From assembly GCA_963675785.1 (NCBI GenBank), contig OY776562.1, forward strand, positions 2,304,001 to 2,368,000: a DNA stretch of 64,000 bases. The letters are read 5' to 3'. Below the pieces are notes generated by a model. It saw nothing but the letters and a program-made list of their open reading frames with translations. It searched no databases and had not been told where the DNA came from. Each line of letters begins with the position of its first letter. Position 1 is the first letter of the stretch. Made by a program: the position numbers and the translations under genes. This DNA comes from Anaerolineae bacterium (GTDB taxonomy: Bacteria; Chloroflexota; Anaerolineae; UBA1429). Positions 30,011 through 39,379 of this stretch are shown piece by piece.

Positions 30011-30505
30011 TCAGGTCAACCTTAAAATTGCCGTGGCCTCACCAGGATAATACGTCAGCATCTGCTGCCGCTCAGCTAGCTCAAAATCGTGAAAATCAAA
30101 GCCGGGAGAAACCGTACAACCCACCAAGGCATAGCCTAGTCCACTCTCAACCTCAGCGCCAAACCAACAGCCGGCCGGCACCACATATTGAAAAGCGCCA
30201 ACCTCCGCGCCCAGATGATGGGCTTCATAGCTACCATCCGGGCGAAACAAGTGGATGACCAGACCTGTGCCAGCGTAAAAGTGCCACATCTCGTCCGACT
30301 TGATGCGGTGAAGGTGGCTGACATCCGCATTCGCTAGCAGATAATAGATGCCCGTACAACAAGCACGTGGCGCATCAAACTGCGCAAGAGTGCCTGCAGG
30401 GATGACCTCTGCCGCTGCATAAGTCTCACGATAGTACCCGCCCTCGGGATGCGACTCCAACTGCAGGCGTTCAATCCAGATTCGAGCTGTATGTTGCTGC
30501 GACAT
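30011..30505 (-). CDS. Cupin domain protein (DUF985/YML079w-like)
   Basis: HPEGGYYRET, TGIYYLL, HRIKSDEMWHFY.G, LVGCTVSPGFDF.DFE. Confidence 0.9.
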   Translation of the reverse strand: MSQQHTARIWIERLQLESHPEGGYYRETYAAAEVIPAGTLAQFDAPRACCTGIYYLLANADVSHLHRIKSDEMWHFYAGTGLVIHLFRPDGSYEAHHLGAEVGAFQYVVPAGCWFGAEVESGLGYALVGCTVSPGFDFHDFELAERQQMLTYYPGEATAILRLT

Positions 30506-30507
30506 GG

Positions 30508-31167
30508 CTAAACCTCCACCGACCAAGCGGCTCTTACAAAAGCGGCCAACTTGTCAGCATCCAAATGCCCCTCGGTACGCACGCCAGAACAGATATCCAC
30601 GCCATAGGGCCGCACCATACGAATTGCCTCGGCCACATTCTCGGAGCACAGCCCACCCGCCAGAAAGACGGGCGTCTTCACCGCCTTAACGATCTCGCGA
30701 CTGATCTCCCAGTTGTGCGTTCTACCAGTGCCGCCCAACTCTTTGCGAGCCAGCTTGGGGTTGCCGGAATCCAACAGAATACCCTGCACCCGGCCATCCA
30801 CCGCCCGCGCCTGCTCAATGGCTTCTGGCCCAGTCACATGAATGACCTGGACGATGCCTATGCCAGGCAGAGCTCTAGCCAACTCCTCATAAGCCGCATC
30901 CTCCACCTCGTCTACAAGCTGCAAAGTGTTCGTGCGGCAAAAGTGTTGTTGGGTGATGATATCGACTGCCTTCTGTCGGCTGGTCAGTAGAAAAGAGCTC
31001 ACGCCTGGCGGCAGTTGCGCCGCAATCTCGACAATACGCTCATCAGGGATGACCCCTGGCCCGCTGGGCATGGCCGAAACCAATCCCAACGCTGAAGCGC
31101 CTGCCTTGATGGCCATCCAGGCTTCATCGATACTGCTAATACAGCAAATCTTGATGTGTACTTTCAT
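30508..31167 (-). CDS. trpF: Phosphoribosylanthranilate isomerase family protein
   Basis: IKICCI, LLDSG, GGTG..HNW, FLAGGL..ENV, GVDICSGV. Confidence 0.82.
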   Translation of the reverse strand: MKVHIKICCISSIDEAWMAIKAGASALGLVSAMPSGPGVIPDERIVEIAAQLPPGVSSFLLTSRQKAVDIITQQHFCRTNTLQLVDEVEDAAYEELARALPGIGIVQVIHVTGPEAIEQARAVDGRVQGILLDSGNPKLARKELGGTGRTHNWEISREIVKAVKTPVFLAGGLCSENVAEAIRMVRPYGVDICSGVRTEGHLDADKLAAFVRAAWSVEV

Positions 31168-31287
31168 TCCACATTCCACCATTTCGTATCACGCCAAGCC
31201 ATATCGAATCATCCCATGCATGAGAAAGGGTCCACATTCGCCAACGCATCTACGTCGGGTCTACAGCGCATCCTTCCAAAAGCAGCT

Positions 31288-32175
31288 CTAGCGCTCTTCG
31301 CGCTCAAAACGCTCACCGAGGCCATTCGTGCGCTCAAAGGGAGCCCGCACCTCGTTAGAAACGAGAATCCCATAGCGATGGGGACGGCGGTAAGCGTTTC
31401 CCCAGATTCCATGAGCCCGATGCGCCCGCAACGCCTCAAGATCCAACTCGGCAATATAGACTCCTTCGGCTTCTCCTGCCTGAATCAAAAGGCTGCCATC
31501 GGCACCATAGGCCTGCGAATTGCCATTCTGCTGGGGAGTCGCATAGTTGGCCATTGCCACGGCCATCATGTTCTCATAAGCTCGCGTCTTGAGTTGGGCT
31601 GAGCGACAATCTTCGATGGTGCAGGCATTGGGCACCAATACCAGTTCGGCGCCGTTCAACATCAAGCAACGCGCGCTTTCGGGCTGCTCGCGGTCAAAAC
31701 AGATCATGGAACCTACCGCCACGGGCCCCACCGCCGTATCCAATTCGCAAACCGGAAAATCGTCGCCCGGTGTCATACTGGCTTCCATGCGTTTGAAATC
31801 GCTAGTGTGCACCTTGGCATAGGTGAGCACGCGATTTCCATGGCGATCCACCAACACCAGCGTATTGCGTGGCGCGCCGGGCCAGGCTTCTAACAGGGCC
31901 ACACCAATGGCCATATCCAACGCTTGTGCTAACGCCTCAAAGTGCGATACAAAGGGGCCATCTGCCGGTTGAGCGCAAGCCAGCCAATCCTCATAGGGCA
32001 CATCGCTATCCGGGGCAAAGCGCGTGTAGCCGATACTCCACATCTCGGGCATCAGGGCGATATCCGCACCCTGCTGTTTAGCCTCACGGCAAGCAGCATC
32101 AGCAATCTCCAAGTTAGCTTTGACATCGATGCCCACTGCTATCATTTGCAGCATAGCGATACGAATAATTGCCAC
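31288..32175 (-). CDS. Carbon-nitrogen hydrolase (nitrilase superfamily)
   Basis: Catalytic triad motifs PEMW, YAKVH, ICFDRE.PE. Confidence 0.9.
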   Translation of the reverse strand: MAIIRIAMLQMIAVGIDVKANLEIADAACREAKQQGADIALMPEMWSIGYTRFAPDSDVPYEDWLACAQPADGPFVSHFEALAQALDMAIGVALLEAWPGAPRNTLVLVDRHGNRVLTYAKVHTSDFKRMEASMTPGDDFPVCELDTAVGPVAVGSMICFDREQPESARCLMLNGAELVLVPNACTIEDCRSAQLKTRAYENMMAVAMANYATPQQNGNSQAYGADGSLLIQAGEAEGVYIAELDLEALRAHRAHGIWGNAYRRPHRYGILVSNEVRAPFERTNGLGERFEREER

Positions 32176-32230
32176 CAGGGCCTCCTCTTACGACATGAGC
32201 AACAAAGCTCTTACCACGCCATATCATAAC

Positions 32231-32262
32231 AAAAAAAGGGCAGAGGTGTTATCCTCTGCCCT
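32231..32262 (-). terminator. Intrinsic terminator of the 32276-32764 gene
   Basis: A-tract plus agggcagagg-tgttat-cctctgccct. Confidence 0.75.
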
Positions 32263-32275
32263 CTAGGATACGGAT

Positions 32276-32764
32276 CTAGTAGGTGATGCCACCACCACGA
32301 GTCACACAGAATTCCATAGCCCAGTTGTTGGAGAATTCCACGCCATTACCCCAGGCTGTCTCTGTCTTGCCAGTCGCAGCATTTACCACAACAGCATGGG
32401 CTGCAAAACAGACGGTATCACCGCTGACATCGGGGATATCCACGATATATTCTGCCGAGTCAACAGCCGGCTTGTAAACGCTCTTATACGGGAATTTTCC
32501 CGGCGCGGCCTTGGCAGGCGCACCTTCACCCACCCACAGGTGGGTCTCGCTGATCAACCAACCCGAGTCGCTGGTGTCATAGACGACCTTGAACTGAGTA
32601 CCAGCCTCATTTACATAGACCGTGACCGTGCCAACGTCGATATGCTGTCCAGCGATCAGCGTAGTCTGCTCAATCTGGTGCCATTCCACTTCGTCTGCCG
32701 AAACACCCAAAAGTCCTGGAAGTGCCAGAGCAACCAAAATCGCGATAACAACCCGTAGTTTCAT
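32276..32764 (-). CDS. Secreted protein of unknown function
   Basis: Sec signal peptide (MKLRVVIAILVALALP...VSA); beta-rich mature domain (AGQHIDVG, ETHL, PGKFP, AAHAVV, ETAW). Confidence 0.7.
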   Translation of the reverse strand: MKLRVVIAILVALALPGLLGVSADEVEWHQIEQTTLIAGQHIDVGTVTVYVNEAGTQFKVVYDTSDSGWLISETHLWVGEGAPAKAAPGKFPYKSVYKPAVDSAEYIVDIPDVSGDTVCFAAHAVVVNAATGKTETAWGNGVEFSNNWAMEFCVTRGGGITY

Positions 32765-32887
32765 CGCGCTTTCCCCCTCATATCTATAGCTAAGAATAGC
32801 CTCAGCTTCATACTCTTATTATTATAGCAAAGCGACGATCATCATTCAGTCAAATCTAATTACAATAAGGTTACAAAAAACTTGCAA

Positions 32888-33367
32888 TTAGCCAGAGGAG
32901 AGGCCAATACGGTACCGTCGCGTCTCCCGGCGTCCACGCTTAAGCAGCTCAGGATCCTGGTTGAAGGAAATCGTATCGACGAGCTCAGCACCAGCCAATT
33001 CGCAACTCCGGCAAGAAGCTGAATTTCTCGGATCACAAGTGAGCCAAAGCTCGCCAAGGCCGTGTGCCAAAGCCAATGGCTTGAGCAGCAAGCAACTTCG
33101 CGCTGCATAATGATGACCCCGATAGGCTTCGTAAACTTCATAACCTAGGTTGCCGCCGAACAAGTTCAATTGAGCAGTGAGCTGAATGCGAAACGTGATC
33201 CAGCCCATCGTTTCACCTGTCTCCGTAGAACGCATCTCAAAATGATAGGCAGGGACCCAGCCTTTTGAGGGCGCCCCCGGCTCGCAAGCAACCAATATCA
33301 ACTCAAGATCATCATCCACCATGGGGCCAGGGTCGATGAATGGAGGAGTAATCTTTACTTGAGTCAA
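32888..33367 (-). CDS. GNAT family N-acetyltransferase
   Basis: GGNLGYEV.EAYRGHHYA, TCDPRN.AS.R..E..GA. Confidence 0.8.
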   Translation of the reverse strand: MTQVKITPPFIDPGPMVDDDLELILVACEPGAPSKGWVPAYHFEMRSTETGETMGWITFRIQLTAQLNLFGGNLGYEVYEAYRGHHYAARSCLLLKPLALAHGLGELWLTCDPRNSASCRSCELAGAELVDTISFNQDPELLKRGRRETRRYRIGLSSG

Positions 33368-33394
33368 GACGAGACCTCCTTTAGGCCGAAATTG

Positions 33395-33667
33395 CTAGTC
33401 AACAGCTTTGGCAGCATTTTGCCGTGAATACTTGAAATAGAGCATTAAATCTGTAGCCACCATCACCAAGTTTAGGATATAGAGTGCTGTCACCCAATCC
33501 GGATTGTATAACAATTTATTGATAATGCCGCTGGCATAGCCCACACAGATCGCAATCATAAAAAACGGACTCTTACCCTCCACCCGTTTCGCCTTGAGTG
33601 TTTTGGCGATTGAAAGGGGCCAACTCAGGCCAAAACAAAGTAGCATAATAACTTCAAACACACTCAT
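33395..33667 (-). CDS. Small three-TM membrane protein (PQ-loop/SemiSWEET-like)
   Basis: FEVIMLLCFGLSWP.SI.K.......GKS; three hydrophobic helices. Confidence 0.7.
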   Translation of the reverse strand: MSVFEVIMLLCFGLSWPLSIAKTLKAKRVEGKSPFFMIAICVGYASGIINKLLYNPDWVTALYILNLVMVATDLMLYFKYSRQNAAKAVD

Positions 33668-33686
33668 CGCAGATCCCCTATATCTA

Positions 33687-33863
33687 TCAAGAAGGCCAAT
33701 TGGCAACAATTCCTTCATAAAAATTGCGGACGCCCTCGCCAAGAGATGTGACTGACAGAATGATGGCGATAGCGATCAGCGAAATAATAAGCAAATACTC
33801 GACCAAAGCGGCGCCTTGCTGCGATTCTCCGGGGAAAAGCAACAATTTTAGGTTGCCAAGCAT
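33687..33863 (-). CDS. Flp family type IVb pilin
   Basis: QQG/AALVEYLLIISLIAIAII; 58 aa; AGGAGG ribosome-binding site. Confidence 0.85.
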   Translation of the reverse strand: MLGNLKLLLFPGESQQGAALVEYLLIISLIAIAIILSVTSLGEGVRNFYEGIVANWPS

Positions 33864-34111
33864 ACAGGACCTCCTGTGTGTATTGAAATTCACGCGGCCA
33901 GCACCGATCAAGGTTATTATAACGTGGTTATGTTCGGCAAACAATGCCTGAGCGCCTCAAATGCTTGCCTCAGCATAATGGGCAGCGTACAATCCAAGTG
34001 AAATTCACCCCTGTCTCCGCAAGGGTACGGGCTGATTACCGACCATCACGTACGCACAACTCTGGCTTTGACTCAAACAGCCTTGTGCACATCAGTAGTA
34101 AAGGAGAGAAA

Positions 34112-34480
34112 ATGGCGAACACACCCATAGTATTTTGGGAATTGGCTTCACATGACGCCGACAAGTCCGCCCAATTCTTAAAGGACGTCTTTGATTGGGA
34201 CATCAGCTACGACGCCGATGCAAATTTTTACGACGTTCCCGCTTTTGACAAGCCCGTTCCTGGCGGCATTTTCACGTTACGGCGAGCGCGCCTGCCCTTT
34301 CTGACGATCTATATCCGCGTAGACGACATCGATGCCATGGTCACTCGGGTAGAGGAGCACGGAGGCTATATCGTCGATCCGCCCATCGTGATAGACAGCG
34401 GCAGCAAAATCTGCCTGTTCTCCGAGCCTTCGGGGGTTATCCTAGCCATGTATGAACCGGCCAAGGCCAAAGAAGAGTAG
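34112..34480 (+). CDS. VOC/glyoxalase family protein
   Basis: VFWEL...F..VFDW, YIRVDDID...VE.HGG, F.EPSG. Confidence 0.85.
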   Translation: MANTPIVFWELASHDADKSAQFLKDVFDWDISYDADANFYDVPAFDKPVPGGIFTLRRARLPFLTIYIRVDDIDAMVTRVEEHGGYIVDPPIVIDSGSKICLFSEPSGVILAMYEPAKAKEE

Positions 34481-34507
34481 GCAGTCGATTATCGTTTGAG
34501 GAGACAC

Positions 34508-35494
34508 ATGAACAAGGTAAAATGGGGTATTTTGAGCACCGCAAACATTGGCGTACGCCAGGTCATTCCAGCCATGCAGCAGGGTAAGTATTGCGAGATC
34601 GTCGCCATTGCCTCTCGCAATCTGCCCAAAGCCCGGCAAGTAGCCACAGAATTGGGTATTCCACGAGCGATTGGTTCTTACGAAGAGCTGTTAGCTGATC
34701 CCGAGATTGAGGCTGTATACATTCCTTTGCCCAATCATATGCACGTCGAATGGGCCATCAAAGCGTTAGAAGCGGGCAAACACGTGCTCTGCGAAAAGCC
34801 CATTGCCCTTAGCAGCGCGCAAGCGCAAACCCTGGCCGACGCCGCAGCGGCCCATCCCGAACTCAAGGTGATGGAAGCCTTTATGTACAGGCACCATCCC
34901 CAATGGCAGGCTGCCAGGCGCATTGTCAACGAGGGGGGTATCGGCGAACTGGTCGCCGTCAATTGCCTGTTTAGCTACTACAATGTAGACCCCAACAACA
35001 TCCGCAACCAGGCACAAGCCGGCGGCGGTGCCCTGATGGACATTGGCTGTTATTGTATCTCTCAATCACGGTTCATCTTTGGTACTGAGCCCAAGCGTAT
35101 CGTAGGCTCGGTCGAGTTCGATCCAGAGTTTGGCACCGACAAGCTAGCCTCTGCTCTACTTGAATTCGAGCAAGGCAAAGCAACCTTTACCTGTTGCACA
35201 CAGATGTCGCCTTATCAGCGCGTGAACATCATGGGCACAACTGGCCGCGTCGAAATCGAGATTCCTTTCAATGCGCCCATCGATCGGCCCTGCAGAATTT
35301 GGCATCAGACCCAAGCCGGCATTCAAGAGATAGCTTTCGAAACCTGCAACCAATACACCATCCAGGGAGACCTGTTCTCACTGGCAATCCTCAACGATAC
35401 AGATGTGCCCACACCGTTGACGGATGCAGTGGCCAACATGAAAGCCATTGAAGCCGTCTTTCGCAGTGCCGAGACGAGCGGTTGGGTGGAATAA
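34508..35494 (+). CDS. Gfo/Idh/MocA family oxidoreductase
   Basis: WGILSTANIG, YIPLPNHMH, GKHVLCEKP, EAFMYRHHP, GGGALMDIGCY. Confidence 0.93.
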   Translation: MNKVKWGILSTANIGVRQVIPAMQQGKYCEIVAIASRNLPKARQVATELGIPRAIGSYEELLADPEIEAVYIPLPNHMHVEWAIKALEAGKHVLCEKPIALSSAQAQTLADAAAAHPELKVMEAFMYRHHPQWQAARRIVNEGGIGELVAVNCLFSYYNVDPNNIRNQAQAGGGALMDIGCYCISQSRFIFGTEPKRIVGSVEFDPEFGTDKLASALLEFEQGKATFTCCTQMSPYQRVNIMGTTGRVEIEIPFNAPIDRPCRIWHQTQAGIQEIAFETCNQYTIQGDLFSLAILNDTDVPTPLTDAVANMKAIEAVFRSAETSGWVE

Positions 35495-35510
35495 AACTGC
35501 TCTCTAAAAG

Positions 35511-35544
35511 AAAAAAGCCCATCGCTTTCAGCGATGGGCTTTTT
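35511..35544. terminator. Bidirectional intrinsic terminator
   Basis: aaaaagcccatcgct-ttc-agcgatgggcttttt. Confidence 0.9.
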
Positions 35545-35546
35545 GT

Positions 35547-37208
35547 TTACTCTCTGGCGAGTTCCACTTTGATGGCCTGGCCGCGAATCTTCCAGCCTTT
35601 CATGCGCCGGATGACATGGTCTACTTGGTCCTGGGCAACATCAACCGAAGTATCCAAATCGTGGATCTTGATGGCGCCAATGGCCTTACCCTCGATACCC
35701 GCCGTGCCTGTAATCGCACCCACAATCTCACCCGGGCGTATGCCGCTTTCGCGGCCAACGTTTAGTGAAAGGCGAACCATACCCGGCTCATTGCGTGTTC
35801 TGGTCTGTGTTGGGCGTCGGCGCGGAGCGGAACGCTGCGGACTACGCCGCTCAGAGCGATCTCGTCGATCTCGCTCAAGCGTATTCGTACGCATTCGTGC
35901 AATATCCTCGACAGGTCTCTTGATTTCGCCAGCACGTGCCAACTGAATGGCCGCAGCCGCCAAATCGAGGGGATCATAACCCCCTGCTACGAGGTTCTCA
36001 GCCAGAGTACGCTCATCAGCAAAATCGTCCAGAGCCAACTGCTCGGCAAGTTTATCGATAAAACGCTCATCCCGGCGCTTTTGCACATCCGCAATGGACG
36101 GCAGTGAAACTTCGGGGATGGTCTGGTGCATATACTTTTCGATGCGCCCGAGACGCCAGCCCTCTTTGGGCGTCACCAGTGTCAAGGCCACGCCTTGTTT
36201 GCCCGCACGTCCTGTGCGGCCAATACGGTGCACATAGTATTCAATATCCACAGGGATATCGAAATTGATAACGTGAGACATATCGTCGATATCCAAACCA
36301 CGTGCAGCCACGTCCGTCGAAATCAGTAGTTGTGTTTGCCCCTGGCGGAAATGTCGCAGCACAGACTCACGAGCCTGCTGCCCAAGTTCGCCATGTAGCG
36401 CTTCAGCCGTAAATCCGCGGGCTGTCAGTGCATCAGCCAACTGATCGGCGCCAACACGCGTCTTGGTAAAAACCAGGGCACTGGTGACATCCTCAGCTTC
36501 CAAAAGGCGAGTGATGGCCGCCAGCTTGTCACGCTCGGGCACCACGTAATAGCGCTGCTCAATGTTCTCTACCGTCACCTGGCCCGGATCAACGGTGATT
36601 GTCTCGGGTTCGTGCATATAGTTATCGGCCAGAGCGCGAATCTCTTTGGGCATAGTGGCCGAAAAAAGCGCCGTCTGCCGTGTATCAGGGGTCTCGCTCA
36701 AAATAGCCTCAATATCTTCGATGAACCCCATGCTGAGCATCTCGTCAGCCTCGTCCAGCACGAGAAAACGCACGCCAGCAAAGCTGAGCACGCCCTTTTT
36801 CAAGAGATCCAAAATACGGCCGGGTGTACCGACGACAATTTCGACGCCTTCTCGCAGACGCCTGATTTGATGCGAGTAGGACTTGCCGCCGTAAATCGGC
36901 AGCACGCGTGCACCTGTATAGCGCCCCAGGTCATGAATCGCCGCAGCAATCTGCATGGCCAATTCTCGGGTCGGGGTCATCACCAAACCCTGTACCTGAC
37001 CCTCTTCGGGATCCAGATTTTGCAGCATGGGCAGCGCAAAAGCGGCAGTCTTACCGGTGCCCGTTTGGGCCTGTCCCACCATGTCATGCCCCGCCAACAA
37101 AACGGGGATGCTCTTTTCCTGAATGGCGGTGGGGCTTTCAAAACCGAGCTCATCCACAGCCTTTGCCAACTCGGGGCCCAGCCCCAAAACCTCGAACGTA
37201 ACTGTCAC
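35547..37208 (-). CDS. deaD: DEAD-box RNA helicase (DeaD/CshA type) with C-terminal DbpA RNA-binding domain
   Basis: AQTGTGKT, PTRELA, TPGR, DEAD, SAT, ARGLD, HRIGRTGRAG; GTG start after AGGGAG. Confidence 0.9.
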   Translation of the reverse strand: MTVTFEVLGLGPELAKAVDELGFESPTAIQEKSIPVLLAGHDMVGQAQTGTGKTAAFALPMLQNLDPEEGQVQGLVMTPTRELAMQIAAAIHDLGRYTGARVLPIYGGKSYSHQIRRLREGVEIVVGTPGRILDLLKKGVLSFAGVRFLVLDEADEMLSMGFIEDIEAILSETPDTRQTALFSATMPKEIRALADNYMHEPETITVDPGQVTVENIEQRYYVVPERDKLAAITRLLEAEDVTSALVFTKTRVGADQLADALTARGFTAEALHGELGQQARESVLRHFRQGQTQLLISTDVAARGLDIDDMSHVINFDIPVDIEYYVHRIGRTGRAGKQGVALTLVTPKEGWRLGRIEKYMHQTIPEVSLPSIADVQKRRDERFIDKLAEQLALDDFADERTLAENLVAGGYDPLDLAAAAIQLARAGEIKRPVEDIARMRTNTLERDRRDRSERRSPQRSAPRRRPTQTRTRNEPGMVRLSLNVGRESGIRPGEIVGAITGTAGIEGKAIGAIKIHDLDTSVDVAQDQVDHVIRRMKGWKIRGQAIKVELARE

Positions 37209-37526
37209 TTGGTACTCCCTTGCAGAGAAAAAGGACCCGCCATACAGGCAAGGTCCTTTGCATTTCCTATAGCCTCTAAGTTTCATAACACCAACGAGTA
37301 TCATATCACGGATTGCCGCCGATGCCAATATCCTGTATGAAGGTGCACACACATTCATGCGTGCGCCTCGACACTATCCTGGCACAAAATTCTCTCCATG
37401 ACCTCACAAATACTTGACCAACTCAACTAATACAGATCATTACACTCCTTGGGCAGTTGAGCCATCCCTGCTAGAATATCAAAAGATCAATGGCGATCAC
37501 GAACTCATTGAAACGCGAGGCGCCAT

Positions 37527-39356
37527 ATGGTGAAACACCCTTTTTTATCAAGATTATCAAGAGGTCCCCTACTGGCGGATGGAGCCCTGGGCACCGAACT
37601 CTACCGGCGAGGCGTCATACCCGACCAGGTATGCATCGCCAATATCGATCAGAGCGAGCTGGTGCAAGAGCTGCACATGGCCTACCTGCAGGCCGGGGCT
37701 GAACTCATCGAGACCAACAGTTTTGGGGCCAACCGCATTCAGCTGGCTCGCTGTGGACGCGACAACCAGGTGGCGCGAATCAACCGTCAGGCGGCCAAGC
37801 TAGCCCGGTATGCCCGCGATACTGCCGGCAGTCAGGCATTTATCGCCGGCTCCATTAGTCCTCTAACTATTAGCAGCCGCACCACCACCCGTTACGCTGT
37901 TGAACAAGGACGAGCTTTATTCAGCGAGCAAATCGAGGCCTTGATTGAGGGCGGCGTCGATCTGCTATTGTTCGAGACCTTTCCCGACGTCGAGGAATTG
38001 GCCTTTGCCGTGAAAACCGCTCGCGAACTCTGCCAGTTGCCCATCATCGCCTCTGCAACCTTTGGGCAGGATGGCCGAACTCCCTGGGGTCAAACCCCGC
38101 AAGAGGTAGTCAAAGCATTGCAAGCTGCTCAAGCTGATGTCATTGGCTTGAACTGCAGCGTAGGGCCCAGCGATGCCCTAGATATCGCCAAACAAATGCT
38201 CTCGGCGGGCGTTGAGTACCTCAGTATGATCCCCAATGCGGGCATGCCCCAAAGAACCAGCGACGGACGCCTGCTATATGCAGCCACACCGGCATACTTT
38301 GCCGAGATCGCCGTCAAGGCCGCTGCTGCTGGCGTCTCGGTGATTGGCGGCTGTTGTGGCACCACACCAGAACACATTGCCGCCATGCGCCAGGCACTGG
38401 ATGCAGCTCACCCCGAGAAAAAGCCTGCGGCGGTCACGGTGGTACTGCCGCCCCGGCAAAAGGCCGGACAGGATACAGAACCCACAGCCTGGGCCAAAAA
38501 GCTCGCTGCGGGGCAATTTGTCACTTCTATCGAGCTCTCGCCGCCGCGAGGCCTGCACACTGGCGCCTTTATGCGCCAGGCCCGCCAAATCGCCGAGGCC
38601 GGCTGTGTGGACGCCATCAATGTCACCGATAGCCCCATGGCTCGGGTGCGCATGGACGTGGCCGCCGCCTGCTATATGCTGCAAACGCAGGTGCAAATCG
38701 AAACTATCGCCCATGTGACCACCCGCGACCACAGCCTCATTGGCCTGGAATCCATGCTCATTGGCGCCCACGCCATGGGCGTGCGCAACATCCTGGCACT
38801 CACTGGCGATCCTCCTTCGCTGGGAACCTGGGATCACAGCAGCGCCGTCTATGACATCGATTCGATCGGTTTGGTAGAGGCCATACAGGCCATGAAGCGC
38901 GGACAGGACATTGTAGGCACCGACCTGGGTTATGGAGCCGGCTTTTGCGTGGGTGCCGCCGCGGATCCCACACGCGATGATTTGCGCACCGAGGCCGAGC
39001 GCCTGCACCGCAAGATCGAGGCGGGGGCTGAATACGTCATGACCCAACCCCTGTTCGATCTGGCGCTGTGGGATCGTTTTTGCACGTATTACGGTGGTGA
39101 GGTGGAGGTGCCGGTGATTCTGGGGGTGCTGCCCCTGCTGAGCCAGCAGCATGCCGAGTACCTGCACAATGAAGTACCCGGCATTACCCTGAGCAAAGCT
39201 GTACTCGAAGAGATGCGCCACGCTGGCGCCAATGGACAGCAAGTGGGCATTCGCCTGGCGAAAGAGATGGTGGCCGCCGCCCACGAGCGCTTTGCTGGCG
39301 TGTACCTCATGCCCTCATACAACCGCTGCGAGACCGTATTGCAGGTGCTGGAATAG
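37527..39356 (+). CDS. yitJ: Bifunctional homocysteine S-methyltransferase / methylenetetrahydrofolate reductase
   Basis: DGALGTEL, ETNSFGAN, GLNC, GGCCGTTPEHI, then MTHFR-like D.P.A.VRM, TGDPP, KIEAGA, TQP, LHNEVPGI. Confidence 0.9.
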   Translation: MVKHPFLSRLSRGPLLADGALGTELYRRGVIPDQVCIANIDQSELVQELHMAYLQAGAELIETNSFGANRIQLARCGRDNQVARINRQAAKLARYARDTAGSQAFIAGSISPLTISSRTTTRYAVEQGRALFSEQIEALIEGGVDLLLFETFPDVEELAFAVKTARELCQLPIIASATFGQDGRTPWGQTPQEVVKALQAAQADVIGLNCSVGPSDALDIAKQMLSAGVEYLSMIPNAGMPQRTSDGRLLYAATPAYFAEIAVKAAAAGVSVIGGCCGTTPEHIAAMRQALDAAHPEKKPAAVTVVLPPRQKAGQDTEPTAWAKKLAAGQFVTSIELSPPRGLHTGAFMRQARQIAEAGCVDAINVTDSPMARVRMDVAAACYMLQTQVQIETIAHVTTRDHSLIGLESMLIGAHAMGVRNILALTGDPPSLGTWDHSSAVYDIDSIGLVEAIQAMKRGQDIVGTDLGYGAGFCVGAAADPTRDDLRTEAERLHRKIEAGAEYVMTQPLFDLALWDRFCTYYGGEVEVPVILGVLPLLSQQHAEYLHNEVPGITLSKAVLEEMRHAGANGQQVGIRLAKEMVAAAHERFAGVYLMPSYNRCETVLQVLE

Positions 39357-39379
39357 CCAGCCCCAAGCCGGAGGTTCTT

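Noticed and set aside
33870-34100. Possible c-di-GMP riboswitch upstream of the Flp pilin
   Set aside because: An imperfect stem exists near 34052-34090, but I could not find the class I or class II consensus elements.
25491-34119. Shared aaggagagaaaa(a)tggcgaa string at two gene starts (25491 and 34101)
   Set aside because: It is explained by a common RBS plus Met-Ala start, and similarity does not extend further.
37545-37600. ttatcaagagg resembling the start of a SAM-I riboswitch
   Set aside because: It lies inside the yitJ coding sequence and lacks the GCAACC and GGTGC elements and the closing GAT strand.
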